Positions 12,603 to 26,206 of a DNA stretch of 64,000 nucleotides are shown here, piece by piece. The number at the start of each line of letters is the position of its first letter. Positions within the stretch are counted from its first letter, which is position 1. This stretch comes from Tubiluchus corallicola (taxonomy: Eukaryota > Animalia > Priapulida). The notes below the pieces were generated by a model. The model had not been told where the DNA came from. It saw nothing but the letters and a program-made list of their open reading frames with translations, and did not search any database. Location: NCBI GenBank assembly GCA_030141605.1, contig JAQGDQ010000364.1:1-64000 (forward strand), given 5' to 3'. Position numbers and translations under genes: made by a program.

Positions 12603-13165
12603 TCTGTCTGTCGTATTTGCGGTTTGTTTTTATTGCATAACTGATGCTACTGACTGTGTTTTCTTCCAAAACATAAACTATACGATTCTTATTTTATTGC
12701 ATCAAGTATGCACCCCTTATATCTTTATCATACAATGTATTTAAAATGCAAAATATTCCGCAGGTGAACTGGCCTTCTTGTGTACTTAACTGCAGAGAAT
12801 ACTTAACCAGAGAGTAAATGGATGGGCAATAGTCGTATGTTACTTAGCCATGCTGATTCTGGCTGTTTACCTCGTTGAAGAAATATGCATTCTAGAAGGG
12901 CGTTAATAACAAGCAAGGTACCGGTGCTGCCGCTAATATTTATATTGAGAAGTTCTTACTGCTGAATGCTAATCGCTGGGCTCAGTACTTGCTCAAAGTG
13001 GTCATTCTGCCATACTGATTTTGGTTATCTGAAAGATGTATTCACATTTTTGAGAATACTTGATAATAAGCCAGGTTCCGGTACCGCCATTAATATTTAC
13101 TCCTGGATGCTAAATTCTGGCTTGTAGTGTGTTGAAGTATAATAAAAACATTATTTCCTACTCAC

Positions 13166-13466
13166 CCATTTCATCAATCCTGTCAGACATTCCTAACGTG
13201 ACTCCCACCAATATCACACTCATCAGCAACAGCACTATCGCTGTCGCCATGACAATACGAGTCACTGTCTTTCGCCTCTCATTTTCTGTGCGCTCGAAGT
13301 AGCTATCCTCCGTTTCTGAGAGCTTCCGCTGTGCTGTCCTGTAATCAGGCTCCCTGATGCTGATCTCTTCGCTAGAAAGTATTTCTATCACATTTTCGTC
13401 GTCTGTCGACATTCGCATTGTTGTGCATGACGTCATCTCACGAACCGCGCAGAGAACAAACTCCAT
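13166..13466 (-). CDS. Coding exon of a small single-pass membrane protein (acidic N-terminus, RRK, TM helix IVMATAIVLLLMSVILVGVTLGM, SDRIDEM)
   Basis: 100-codon non-repetitive ORF; basic residues precede one hydrophobic helix; ends at a G/GTGAGT donor; possible acceptor at 13531; the downstream exon is unresolved. Confidence 0.65.
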
Positions 13467-14082
13467 CGGGCTGCTTCTTGTGCGAATACATCAGGAGTTT
13501 GGCACAGAACAGTAACATTTGGTTGGATCCCTGAGATTTTCCCAATGAAATAGTATGAAGAAGTTAAACAATTGTCCTTATGATTTTATGTTTATGAATA
13601 TCGATTTTTTATTGTCAAATGAAGATTATTATTAAATATATAAACTATTAGAATTAAGCCAAGAAGTTCCTCTGTGTAAAATCTAATTCACTTGTAGAGC
13701 CGTCAACAGACACACTGACAACTATTACCAGTTAACTACCACCATTCCTGTATGCTGACACACAACAATTTTCACAATGCAGAACAATCTACTTATGTCT
13801 CGAAGTTTATGAAAAATATTCATAATCAGTGACTATTCTTCGATTCAACGGACTGCAAAATATTTAGTATTAATTTCAGCGTTGCGAAGCCACAATGTAC
13901 GACTGAATAAAGTTTATAAATATTTTAGAACACTTTCAACACGGAGCTGATCTCGCTGTCATACGTTATGAGGTATAATCATAACCGGCACAATAACAGC
14001 GCAATATTGTTGCTCTCAATGTCACGCACGGCAACGCGTAATGCGAACAAACACGCACTACGCGCCGATGAATTTCTCCTCG

Positions 14083-14090
14083 TGACGTCA
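14083..14090. promoter_or_regulatory. CRE palindrome TGACGTCA in a CpG-rich patch upstream of the small membrane-protein gene
   Basis: Exact consensus within CpG-enriched 13980-14260; function untested. Confidence 0.3.
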
Positions 14091-15390
14091 CAGAAGTTGG
14101 CTTCGGTTGAAGTGCTTATAAGCTAGAGATGCACGCAGTCAAGTGTTGGTGCTGGATAATCAATCAGCCTCATTCGCGAGCAACCCCGAGACAAGCGCTC
14201 CCTGGTGGTAGATTTGCTTATCACGTTTGAGTACACCGCGGCGCAACAAATAGCGTTCTGAGGAAGCACGATGGGGCATGTTCAATCCATTTTGTTGATG
14301 AAAATTTAAGATGCGCTCGAAGACGTGAGATAAAGAAGAATTACTTCAAATCCCCCGAAGAACTTCTTCCTGAACAAAATTGGATGATGGAGTGCCATGC
14401 TAATAATTACAAATTGATTATGCCTAGTCTCTGGCTGGTTTGAACAAACCGCTCGGCACGAAGAGCTGTAAGTTTGTTCTATTCAAATAATGCGTCTCTA
14501 ATATGAATGTGACAGGGCTTCAATGTGACAGGGCTTCATTCGAGTAATATTTGCCCATGTGTGTAAGGCTGCTTATTTACTCTGCCACTCTGTAGAGGCA
14601 ATATCTAAAGTGGATTCACCACATGAGGCACGGCTAGTATACACTGGACAATAGGCAATTTCCCGTTAACCCTTTACACGACAAACAGGACGTTTTAAAG
14701 GAAAGGCCAAATCTTCTAGGAGGTTAGGCTTATTTCACTGTTCGCGAAAAATGTTACAAGGGTTTAGTAATAAAACTGCAATTAGCGCCTCCTGTAACTA
14801 ATAAAAGCACTTCAAAGTTACGAGTACTTCACGCTTGAACGCCCCCATTTCGAATGCCCATTCTTCCACCAATGACGTCATTTATCTTAAAGAAAGTAGC
14901 GCATTGTGAATCTTCACTAAAAGTATAAGTTTTTAGAAAACACTAGATAGCCGATTTTGTAATATTTTTGCGTAAATATTAAGCTGCAGAAGTTTGAACT
15001 AGTTTAAGCAGCGCGCGCTTACGGAAAGCCACGACGAGCTTACGAAAAGTTACGAAGCCTCCCGTTACGTGATGATTTTCAAGTGAATGGCAGCAACCAC
15101 TACGACAGTAAATTTCTATTCGGAGTTAGTATATTTTAAATTTACGCTTTCAGGAAGTTTTTTCCAAATTTCTTTGTTATATTTTTCTAATTTTAAGTGA
15201 TAATAGTAAAATAAATCCAACATACTGAACGACTTGTTCTTTCATTTAAAGAAAGGAAAACGATTTTTTAAATCATACCTAATTTTAACGTATCATCAGT
15301 GGTCTGTAATATACATTATACATTCAGTCACATGTGTTAATTATTAAATTGTTTCTGATTGGCTGAGAATAAACGTCTCTACTGATAACG

Positions 15391-16404
15391 TTCTTCTTCT
15401 TCTTCAATGAATCACAGGTCCAGGGACATGATTCTGCTCACCTCTCTATGCCAGGACCAGGGCCTAGGGGGGGGGGGTTAAGTGGGGATACTTCCCCGGG
15501 TAACATTTTTTTGCTTTATGCGAACATACTGCCTCCTCTCTCCCTCTCTTGCCGCACGCGCGCCGTTTGCCAGTATTGACAAGTATTAAGGACTGGTCTT
15601 GAGAATAAAACCTTATAATTGTTCTTTCCTTTAACAACTGTATAACTCCATATTTTCTCTTCGAAAATGCTTCTCCGGCGTTCTAGCAGTTTCAACAATG
15701 GTGACGCCCGCCCCCGGCGCATCGCCCCACCCCCGATGAGGCCTCACACGCCCCACTTCCCCAGGCCTCGCCTAGGCTGAAATAGGCCCTGGCCAGGACT
15801 CCCTACACGCTGCAATTCCCCAAGTGGATTTATTTCTAAGGATCAGTGCTGAAGTGTTTAAATCTTTCTGTGCAAAATCTAAGTATGTTAACATTTGTCC
15901 TCCTGCAGGTTTTTTAGCTGGTTCTACGGGTTGTTAAAGAGTTGTCTTCACTGGAACATCATCAGGTAGTCTAAGCATATGCCCAATCCATCTTAAACGG
16001 CGTCTTTTTATTTTTCTTGTCCAAGGTTCTTCTTTTATTTTTTCATATAGATGTTTGTTTGAAATTTTCTTTGGCCATCTAATACCCAAAATGTTTCTGT
16101 AATTTCGCCTTTGAAATGCATCGATTTCAGCTTTATGATTTGCTTTTAATGTCCGGAGCTCAGAGTTATACAGAAATACAGTTTCAACTAAGGCTGAGAA
16201 TATTCTAATTTTTGTTTCCAAAGAAATCTTCCCATTCTCAAAAACTTTTGTGAGTTTTGAGTAAGCTGATAATGCCATTATCTTCCATCTTGATATGTCG
16301 ACCTCTGTTGTCAGCAGATTACCGAGATACTTGCATCTTTGCCATGATTCATCACCATGGCGTGTTATATGAAACTCTTCAGTTTTATTTTTGCTTAACG
16401 TCAT
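15391..16404 (-). mobile_element. 5'-truncated RTE-like LINE (ORF2 C-terminus) with (GAA)n tail
   Basis: KYLG...FLYNSE...ILGIRW...RRLRWIGHMLR motifs; ttcttcttcttcttc tail at 15391. Confidence 0.85.
15458..15791. mobile_element. hAT-like MITE nested in a LINE 3' end
   Basis: TIR CAGGGCCTA...TAGGCCCTG; 8-bp TSD GCCAGGAC at 15450-15457 and 15792-15799. Confidence 0.9.
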
Positions 16405-17155
16405 TACTGCATAAGACTTTGCAATAGCAGAAATCTTCCATCTCGCCGGTATTTTCGAAAGCGGAAATTAAAATACGGCGCTGCTATCTCACGTTTACAA
16501 AGAAACACAAAAACTGGACAAATTTTGCAATGTCACAGCTTCAAATTTCAAGCACTCGAATACAATCCTCGATCAACTCAGCCACGATCTTTTCACATTT
16601 CTTTTTGGGGTTGAATTAAATTTTCAGTCTTTAAAGAAATTTGTCGCTTCTTTCCAACAATACCTAGATTTTCTTTCGACATATTATTTGTTGTTGGTTT
16701 CATCCAACAGATATGTAAACAAACAGGAAACAAAAAACAAATAGTCGAGCAGCTAAATAAAGTAGGCGACCGGATTCTTTCACTTCATAATCTGCAGCAC
16801 CGGAAAGGAAAACGGGGCGTCTTAGTCACAGAAAATGGCAGGTCCCTAATTAAAAACAAAAAAGAACAGCTAATACTTTTTTTGTAAATAGACGTTTTTT
16901 TAATATAGATTATCTTTGATATTTTTATCTTTACTGTTCTCTACAGGTTTTATTATCATTTCAAATTTATTTATTACAAAAAATGGCGTTTTTAATTATC
17001 CATGCATTTGTCTTGATTAAAGTTTTTGTTGATGTATTGTAAGTTTATCAGTAGATGTATTTAAATTGGAATATTGTAAATCAGCTTCTTTAAATATTGC
17101 TTTTGTTTATATTTTGCAAAGTAGCCTTGATAACTTTTAATGGGAATAAAAGACA

Positions 17156-17932
<777 letters not shown>

Positions 17933-18114
17933 CTAATGTTTCACCATTCATAGTCACATGTGTAGTGTATTACTCATTTTATTTTTCAATCATTTTATTT
18001 TTAATTATGATTTTGTATTTTGTATCAGCCTGTTTTAGTACTTGTTTGTACGATTACAAGAACAACGAATGATGTAAGAATAAAATGAATCAACATAAAT
18101 GAACCAGAAATAAA

Positions 18115-18600
18115 CGAAATGAATGAATGAATGAATGAATGAATGAATGAATGAATGAATGATTGAATGAATGAATGAATGAATGAATGAATGACTGAAT
18201 GAATGAATGAATGAATGAATGAATGAATGAATGAATGAATGAATGAATGAATGAATGAATGAATGAATGAATGAATGAATGAATGAGTGAATGAGTGAGT
18301 GAATGAATGAATGAATGAATGAATGAATGAGTGAATGAGTGAGTGAATGAATGAATGAATGAATGAATGAATGAATGAATGAATGAATGAATGAATGAAT
18401 GAATGAATGAATGAATGAATGAATGAATAAGAATAAACTATGACAGAATGGGAAACAAATGAACGAATGAATGAATAAACGAACAAATGGATGAACGAAT
18501 GAATGAATAAACGAACAAATGGATGAACGAATGAATGAATAAACGAACAAATGGAGGAACGAATGAATGAATGAACAAATAGAGAAACGAACGAACTAGC
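18115..18600. repeat. (GAAT)n microsatellite with degenerate tail
   Basis: Direct inspection. Confidence 0.98.
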
Positions 18601-20008
18601 TATGAATGTGTGAGTAAACAAATCTACGAGAGAATGCATAAATAACTAAATGAATACTGTGCAAATGAACATCCGAACAAATAAGTAATTAACTAGTATT
18701 TAGCTTGACAGGCAAACGAACAGACGAACTAACAAACGCGCTGAATACCATTATTATTCTTGGCCCAACCGCTACTTGTTTGCAATCATAATTAATGCTC
18801 TAGCCAGTTTCAGCAGCCACGCATGCGCGTGCAGTCTTAACCCCGAGTGCACACGCAATTTAATTAAGCAAACGTTCGTTTTCGTTTGTTTAATTTCGAT
18901 TAGCTATCATCCTTGATTAGAAAGGTTTAATTCGTTAATGTCTCTGCAGTACAATGTCTTGTTAATGCTACTATAATCAGGCAGGATTGGCTTTCAACGT
19001 ACAGCGGATCAAATTACTGCCCCCCCCCTCCAGCCGCCGCCAATCAATAAAGAGTAATTTTCCAATCAATTGTGAGCAAGGAGTAGTTTTAATTTCTCAA
19101 GAAATTGATACACGCATATATGACGTCAGCACTATTTCAGCCAATAACTCTTTCATGGCTGACAGGAAACGGTTCAAACTTCTCTAATTAAGGTAATCGA
19201 TGACGCTACATTTATCAGTTTTAATGAATGTAATACAGATTCAAAGCAAAACCGCTACGCTAGCGTATTAGTGCATGATAAACGTACCTGCTGCAAACAA
19301 AGCGGTACTAAACATGATTGTTTCTGCATACATAGCGCGCAAAAGGGAAGTAAAGATGACATAAACGTAGGAAAGGCTCTTTTGGGCACATACAAATATC
19401 TTATATTAAGTAGGTGAAGGAAAAATATTGAGTCAATTATGCGGAGTTATTCGAGTCAATTACCGATAGTTTTTATACATATTTGAATAGAAGCGGTCCG
19501 TAACAGGAGTTTTTGAGTCAATTAGCGGTGAGTCTATTAACCGGCGCCTACTATACTATCAATGATACATATACAGGGTGTCTCAAAAGTCTCGACACAC
19601 TTTGATATCTAATTTTCTTTTGAATTTTTCTCCAATCTCAACAAGCTCTTACATGAATCAAACGGAGGCTTTTGACAATTCTTTTCATCTATGTCTGGCT
19701 GGAACTCCGTTGCTATGGCGACGACAGTAGCGTTAAAAAAACGAAAAAAAAACAGTCTGGCATGAGGTCCTTCTGTCATCAACTGAAGTACTGAGCACCA
19801 TATGGCGTACATTCTATTCTGGACTTTGCATAATGAATATGTAATTGAAAGTTTCACAGTTAAAGATATTAATGAAATATTAATGTATTCGCTACTAACA
19901 ATATAATGTGTAAACCAATGTAAATAGCACCACTAACCTTATTATATATTACATGTAATGCAAGCATTATGTGTGAATAAAGATGATATATATATATATA
20001 GCCTTTAA

Positions 20009-20356
20009 AGTCTTGAGCATTTCTTTTAGTCAAGTTAAGACGAAAATACTGCTTTTGTATATTTTGTTGTTTTCCCTGCCTTCTTCAGGGACCTAATATC
20101 AAAGCTTCATAGACCAATCCAATGCCAAGTCGGACATCTTTCATTGAGAAAGTCTCTCACAGCGCATGCGTGGTGAGGAAGGACTGCATCTTGTTAAAAA
20201 ACTACATTGTTAATACAATGAGAGAATAGTGTAGAGAATAATGTAGTTGAGAGACTTCCTCAATGATATTAGGTCTCTGAAGAAGGCAGGGAAAACAAGA
20301 AAATCTACCAAAGCAGTATTTTCGTCTTAACTTTACTAAAAAAAATTCTCAAGGCT
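20009..20356. mobile_element. TTAA-flanked fold-back MITE with about 90-bp TIRs
   Basis: TTAA|AGTCTTGAG...gttaagacgaaaatactgcttt / aaagcagtattttcgtcttaac...CTCAAGGCT|TTAA. Confidence 0.85.
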
Positions 20357-20797
20357 TTAATTCTTATGCACAAATTTTCAAACATTTCAAGTATACACAC
20401 CCGCACGCACGCACAAGCACGCATGCATGCACACACACCCATTAAAAGAAACAGCACTCTTTGCAACAGATAATCTAACAGCAAATTAACTGAAGGAAGA
20501 AAGCGCTAAAAATTGTTCAGCATCGAGGATTCGAACTCAGAACCTTGCGATTTCAGCTCACATACTTTACCAATAGCGAACTCTTCTTATGAGTTCAAAA
20601 GTGGTTGCCATTTTCCTTCGTGTTGCATTAATATGTTCTATACTGCATTCCAAATTGAAAAACGTTTTTCAGAAAGTATTTTAAATCACACGAAATTTTT
20701 TTCTATATTATTTTACAAATCATTACAATCCTACGTGCAAGTAACAGTAGATTCATAATATACACGTATACTACAGGCCTAAGTACGCTGTACTAAT

Positions 20798-21126
20798 CTA
20801 AAAATCGTATATAGTCAAGAAACCACGTGGGTTATGGTAATTATAATCACAGGGGTAGGGGATAAACGTACAAGGTCCAAATATTCCACATTTTTGTTTC
20901 AAACATTGGCCATCACTGCCCCGTCCAGGCTGACTCAGACTTGGTTGAAAGACATTCCGGCCGCTAGGTGGGGCTGCACGACCTGGCGGCCCAAAATTGG
21001 CTGCTCTACCGTTTAAGCCGATAGGTGGCGCTAGATGCGGTCGTCTTGAAGAGGAAAATTGGGTTGGTTGTAGAACTTCGTTGCGCAGACGAGCATGGAT
21101 TGAGTTCTTGGGGATGCAATCGGCAG
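20798..21126 (-). CDS. MMP gene exon 8 (last): (A)ADCIPKNS...Pro/Gly/Arg-rich linker...GQCLKQKCGIFGPCTFIPYPCDYNYHNPRGFLTIYDF*
   Basis: tttcattttcag acceptor, phase 1, 329 nt open GC-richer frame to TAG; the eight exons sum to 1194 nt (397 aa). Confidence 0.8.
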
Positions 21127-21309
21127 CTGAAAATGAAAGTTTGCATCAGTAAAATTTCTCATGATAAAGGTGCATGTAGCTCAAATAGCTTTTGCAAGCA
21201 CACGAAAGTAACGTTAAAAGTTTTCGACACAATCAGAAACTATCAGTCAATGTTCTGCTTTCAAGACAGGAAATACTATTGGCTTAACAATTTCCACAGT
21301 TACAGCGAT

Positions 21310-21700
21310 TGATCATGATCGTGCAAAGGTCAAAGGTTAAGTCTACCGGACAATGCTTTTTGTGCACAGTTGATACGCCTCGCAACCCATGCTGTTGTAA
21401 TAGTAACAGTTTTAACAGCTAGCTAGGACTTTAACCTAGTTCATTTTTTCTTGTTCCCAAGCAAGATCCTGCTAGTAAATCACTAATACGCACAAACTTA
21501 TGCATAATTAAGTAAAGTCCACGTAAATTACTAAAGTTACTGAACTGATGCGGCAGACGGCTTCGCTTTACACACATGTTACATAACGATTGCAGTTAAC
21601 ACGCGTTGCTGTGGTGCACTTAGCCTTTGACCTACAGTAACTGCGCATGCGCACAACCAAACTGTGAAAAGGCTTATTGACAAGTAATGTGACCTTTGAC
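21310..21700. repeat. Dispersed repeat; related copies at 27130-27810
   Basis: Shared cttgttcccaagcaagatcc, gcggcagacggctt, acgcgttgctgtggt.cactta. Confidence 0.75.
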
Positions 21701-22379
21701 CCGGGAACATGTATAAGCATAAAAGTCCCTACCTGAGGAACGTGTCGTATAAGTTTCATTACTCTAACCCTGTGCATGTGCAAGTTATTAAAGAAACAAA
21801 AACGCGTAAATAAAAACAAATGCATAAATAAACAATTAATAAAAAGTAGTGGTAAGTCAAGCAAAATCTTAATTAGAAAACCGGAAAAATTTCCGCACTT
21901 CAACAGAGATTCGAACCCAGGTTATTAGCTTTACCCACTGCGTTTATTGAATACGCTTGTTTTAAATAAGTTTATTGAAATACAAAGTAATTGTTATTAC
22001 TGATCAAAACTGATTTATTGTGCCTATATGTGAATATATGAAATTATGCAAAAACTAAAATCATTCTTTAAATATACTTACCTAGTTGTAAAAAATATAT
22101 AGGTAATTTACATAAAATACACATGTCTATTAAAACCTAACATATAGATTGGTTATACAGTATTACGTTTATTAGTACTACGTTACGTTACGTTTACGTT
22201 TACTGTATTACAATACACTACGTTTAAACTATATTAAAAATGTACGTATGTAATAGTTCTGCATGCATCCCACAGGTGACGCCACACACATAAGTTGCTT
22301 AATGGGATTATGTAATAATATTACTTATTATCTATGGTTAATACAATAATAGTTCACACAACCGAATTAGTTCAAACTT

Positions 22380-23400
22380 GCAAAATTCTAACTGAAAGGC
22401 TGTTGCATCTGCTGACTATTCTATTCATCTAGTTTTATTGGACATCACCAAAGCCTTTGACACTGTTAAAAGAAAGACTTTATTAAAATCACAAGAAAAG
22501 ATCTTGGAAGACAATGACATCCAGTTGATTAGCATTTTACTGGAAAACTTTGAAGATTAAGTTAGACGCGAAGGTACACTCGGTTAGGCTTTTTCGACAA
22601 ACATAGGAGTACCTCAAGGGGACCGTCTAAGTCCCATTCTATTTACTTTCTACTTGGCTGTTCCGTTACAGGGAACCAATCCATCTGCAATAATTACACA
22701 GATTTAGAGCCAGATCTGTTACCATCAGAGAATCTTAAAGGCATAACTACTGTGTGAAGAAGCAACCCTCTGCCATCATTGACATGCAGTATGCTGACAA
22801 TGTCTCTTTTTTTGGCGAAGACACGAGAAGAAATTCAGACCATTAAACGAAACGTGCCATTAAAACTCACGTTAAATACAAATACGGTGAATCCTGGAAA
22901 AAATGTAAATATCTTGGCAGACTGTCAGATTCTGAAGAAGAAGATGTCAAAAGAAGGAAAATATTGGCACTAGCAGTTCTTTCAAAATTTAAAAATATCT
23001 TCAATAACAAGAACATTAATCAAAGCTGTAAGTGTAAACTTAGGATCTTTAACTGAAGATCAGAACAGAAAACCTTGAAAGCAAACAATCAACTGGAGGT
23101 TGATGCTTTTCGATAACGTTTATACAAGTAATTGTTGCTGTTGTTGTTGGTGGTGGTGGTGGTGCTGGTGGTGGTGTTCTTGTTGTTGTTGAAGTCCACC
23201 AGCTTATTAAAGCTTTCCAAGAATCAATTCAACCATCAAAGAAGCCAATATGTAGGAAGATTGTTCACATAGATGAAATTCACACAAAAGGAACCTCAAT
23301 GGACCTCAGTGGAACATCTCTAATTATGAAAGACACTTCATCGTAGAGAGTAGCAAAAGACGTACCGTTTGGCGGCAGTAGGTGGATGGTGTAATGTCAT
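22380..23400 (+). mobile_element. Degenerate RTE-like LINE reverse transcriptase fragment
   Basis: DITKAFDTV, GVPQGDRLSPILF, QYADN and KYLG motifs interrupted by stops and frameshifts. Confidence 0.85.
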
Positions 23401-23412
23401 TGGATGATTGAC

Positions 23413-23920
23413 CAGTGGGGGCTCGTAGCTAAAATTAGTGGGTGCGTTTCTTTAGAAAAATTTTTGCAATTGTTTTAATACTGTGTAAAGCAAAACAAAC
23501 ATATGTAATTTTTAATGTTGCAATTTGTAATTGTAATTTTAAACAAGAAACACCCAAAAGTTTATACATGAACTTGATAAAATCCTAAACAAAAGACTAT
23601 TTTTGCTTACTAATAGCCTAAACTGTCGGAGTTTAAGCTTGATCCGTTCACGTGACATTTGACAATAAACTGTGCGAGCGAATGTACTTTCTCTACCTGG
23701 GCTCAGACATGCGCACAACAGCCAAACATCGTGTTGCTGCAACACACTGTGCTGGGCTGTGAAGCAAACAGTACTACACCCACGTACTCTGGCTCCGTAC
23801 AAGCATAAAGAAAGAACTAAAAAACGACTTTTGATATCGAATATTATTGATAATATTGAGTGAAAAAAGGGGGTGCTGCAGTTCCACAGTACCTGAGTAA
23901 GAGCCGCCACTACGACTGGC
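23413..23920. repeat. Dispersed DNA-transposon-like repeat (related copies about 1925-2035 and 59868-60455)
   Basis: Shared end aaaattagtggg(g)tgc...aaacatatgtaatttttaatgttg and interior ctgggctgtgaagcaaa / tttgcttcacagcccaag. Confidence 0.65.
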
Positions 23921-23991
23921 ACGCGCCATATGACATTATGATTCTCTATAGGTTGTCTAGACAAACTCTAAAGTTTTCCTAATTTTCTTAC

Positions 23992-24202
23992 CGTAAAGAC
24001 GTTGTATTAGTTGTATATCTCTGTCGTAGAGGACGTTACTAGTGTAAGTCGTCGATATGAAGGGATACATAATGCTATCGCGTGACCAGGTGTGGTTGAG
24101 CCCTAGGGCGTGTCCAGTCTCGTGGAGCAGCATGTGAACGAAAGAGTTTCCAGGATAAACCGACGGGCGCCAATCGTCATCAGCATCAAAATGAATTTGA
24201 CC
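23992..24202 (-). CDS. MMP gene exon 7 (active site): GQIHFDADDDWRPSVYPGNSFVHMLLHETGHALGLNHTWSRDSIMYPFISTTYTSNVLYDRDIQLIQRLY
   Basis: HExGHxxGxxH zinc motif, IHFD, Met-turn SIMYP, terminal helix DIxxIQxLY; aattacag acceptor and GTAAGA donor; phase 0 to 1. Confidence 0.96.
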
Positions 24203-24519
24203 CTGTAATTATTGTTATGCAAATTTATTGAGTTTACAAACTAAATATTATGCTCTAATTAAAATTATTTCCTGCATCCAGCGTTCCGACAACAGATTAC
24301 AGATGCGCATGCGCAACAGTGACGAACACAATGTAAAATTTCATTTATATCATTTGTTTCAATCCGACTGGCCACAAAACGAAAATTTACATGATGTAAA
24401 CGGTAATGTACTTCAGTGCAATACAATACACAAGGACGCAAGAAGTATACAGTACTCACAGACTATTGAAAACATTTCGTTGAATAATCATGATTACCAT
24501 ACAACTATGATGCATAACA

Positions 24520-24925
24520 TTAATACAATGCAATGCAATGCAAAACAATACAATCCAATACAATGCAATGCAATGCAATGCAAAAAATACAATACAATGC
24601 AATGCAATGCAATACAATACAAAGAAATGAAATGCAGTGCAAAACAATACAAAACAATATAACACAATACAATGCGATGCAATGCAGTGAAATACAATAC
24701 AATGCAATGCAATGCAATGCAATGCAATGCAATACAATACAATATATTACAATACAATAAAACGCAATGCAATACAATACAATGCAATGCAACGATACGA
24801 TACGATACGATACGATACGATACGATACGATACGATACGATACGACACGACACGATACGATACGATACGATACGATACGATACAATACAATAAAAACTAC
24901 ACAGAGCAAGACAACACAATACAAT
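24520..24925. repeat. Pentanucleotide array (AATGC/AATAC/GATAC)n
   Basis: Direct inspection. Confidence 0.95.
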
Positions 24926-25253
24926 AATAGTTATTACAGTCATATTCAGTGTTTTGCGACACAATGCAATTTATGCTGTACAGAACAGTGCAGCACAGTA
25001 CTATAAAATGCAATACAACACAATCATGTGTTTGTTTAACAATGCAGTACAATGGAATGCAATGAAATACATTATAGCAGAACATAAATGTAACATACAA
25101 CACAGCATCAGATATAATACATAAACCATGTGTACATAAACATAATACATGCTTTTTCACGTGGTTTAATCTCACTTTAATTCAAAATAAAATTACATGT
25201 ACCACTGAGTCACATAATTATATCCTCACAATGATTATCATTTTCATACACAC

Positions 25254-25375
25254 CCGTTTCCTAGGCGAAGAATCAGGTAAAAACGTGTGGGCGAATTTCC
25301 CTCCTTTTCCGTCAAAAGGGTAGCCGTCCTTGTGGTCTCTTTGCACAAACGCTAGCTTCAAATCAGCAGGCTCGT
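25254..25375 (-). CDS. MMP gene exon 6: (D)EPADLKLAFVQRDHKDGYPFDGKGGKFAHTFLPDSSPRKR
   Basis: Structural Zn/Ca loop motif H-x-D-x-x-P-F-D-G-x-G-G-x-x-A-H of matrixins; CAG acceptor; phase 1 to 0. Confidence 0.93.
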
Positions 25376-25621
25376 CTGCTCACAGTAAAATTAGCGTTAT
25401 TATCAAGAAACTTGAGGTTATAATTTATTTTTACATGTAATCTTATTGGAGCTTTTAATTTCAATGATTATAAAATTTTCCTGGGTATTTATTATTCTAA
25501 GTCAACCAGAAAACACTTTGCTGACGTGAAAGATGATTTTTACTGAGTCTGAGCTTGCAAAATTTCTCTTCCGACTTCTGAAACAACATTTTTTGTATTA
25601 AATCATCTAGGATTTACTTAA

Positions 25622-25998
25622 AGGAAGACGGGATGATTTTTCATAGAACACCCATTTTCAACTACGATAAAAAGTAAACATTTTGAGACAATTAATACTG
25701 CAAAAGCGTTTCTGATAATTAAATAAAAGACTAAAATCTTAATTAACGGTGGGCGAGCCCAACTAATGATGACATCACAAACGAACATAATTTTCAACAG
25801 CAAAAATATTCCACGAGCGTGTTGCACGTGTTTGTGAAAGCGAAAATTGAAGTACAGTGCTACTGTAAGATATTCCGTGTGTTGTACTAAAACTAGGCAA
25901 GTTCTAAGATAAAAATTCAAATTAAAATTTACCGCTGCACACACGCATGAGCTGTTGAACGTGTGTGCTTCGTCACAAACAAACACATCTGGACTGAG
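25622..25998. mobile_element. Family K MITE, truncated (MMP intron 5)
   Basis: TTAA|AGGAAGACGGGATGATTTTTC, then family interior. Confidence 0.75.
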
Positions 25999-26080
25999 AG
26001 ACTGGACTTGATTTTGGAAATGTTGCTACTTTTGCAGAAAATAATCTGTCGAGTGCTTACTTTAAATATAACAAAATTAC

Positions 26081-26172
26081 CTGGGTAAACTTCTTGAAAG
26101 AGTAGAGCGGGGCGCGATCTTCCAAAATTGACGGCTTTCTCCCATTGTGATAAAACATAGGAAAATATTTCC
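26081..26172 (-). CDS. MMP gene exon 5: EIFSYVLSQWEKAVNFGRSRPALLFQEVYP
   Basis: attgtttag acceptor, CAG/GTAATT donor, phase 2 to 1; corresponds to MMP helix A Trp and the LxFxEV strand. Confidence 0.9.
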
Positions 26173-26206
26173 CTAAACAATAAAAAATTGATTCAACATT
26201 AATCCG

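Noticed and set aside
20510-20580. tRNA-like ggattcgaac fragments (also near 21905, 41425, 54775, 54985)
   Set aside because: Degenerate B-box remnants, probably SINE-derived; no complete tRNA fold
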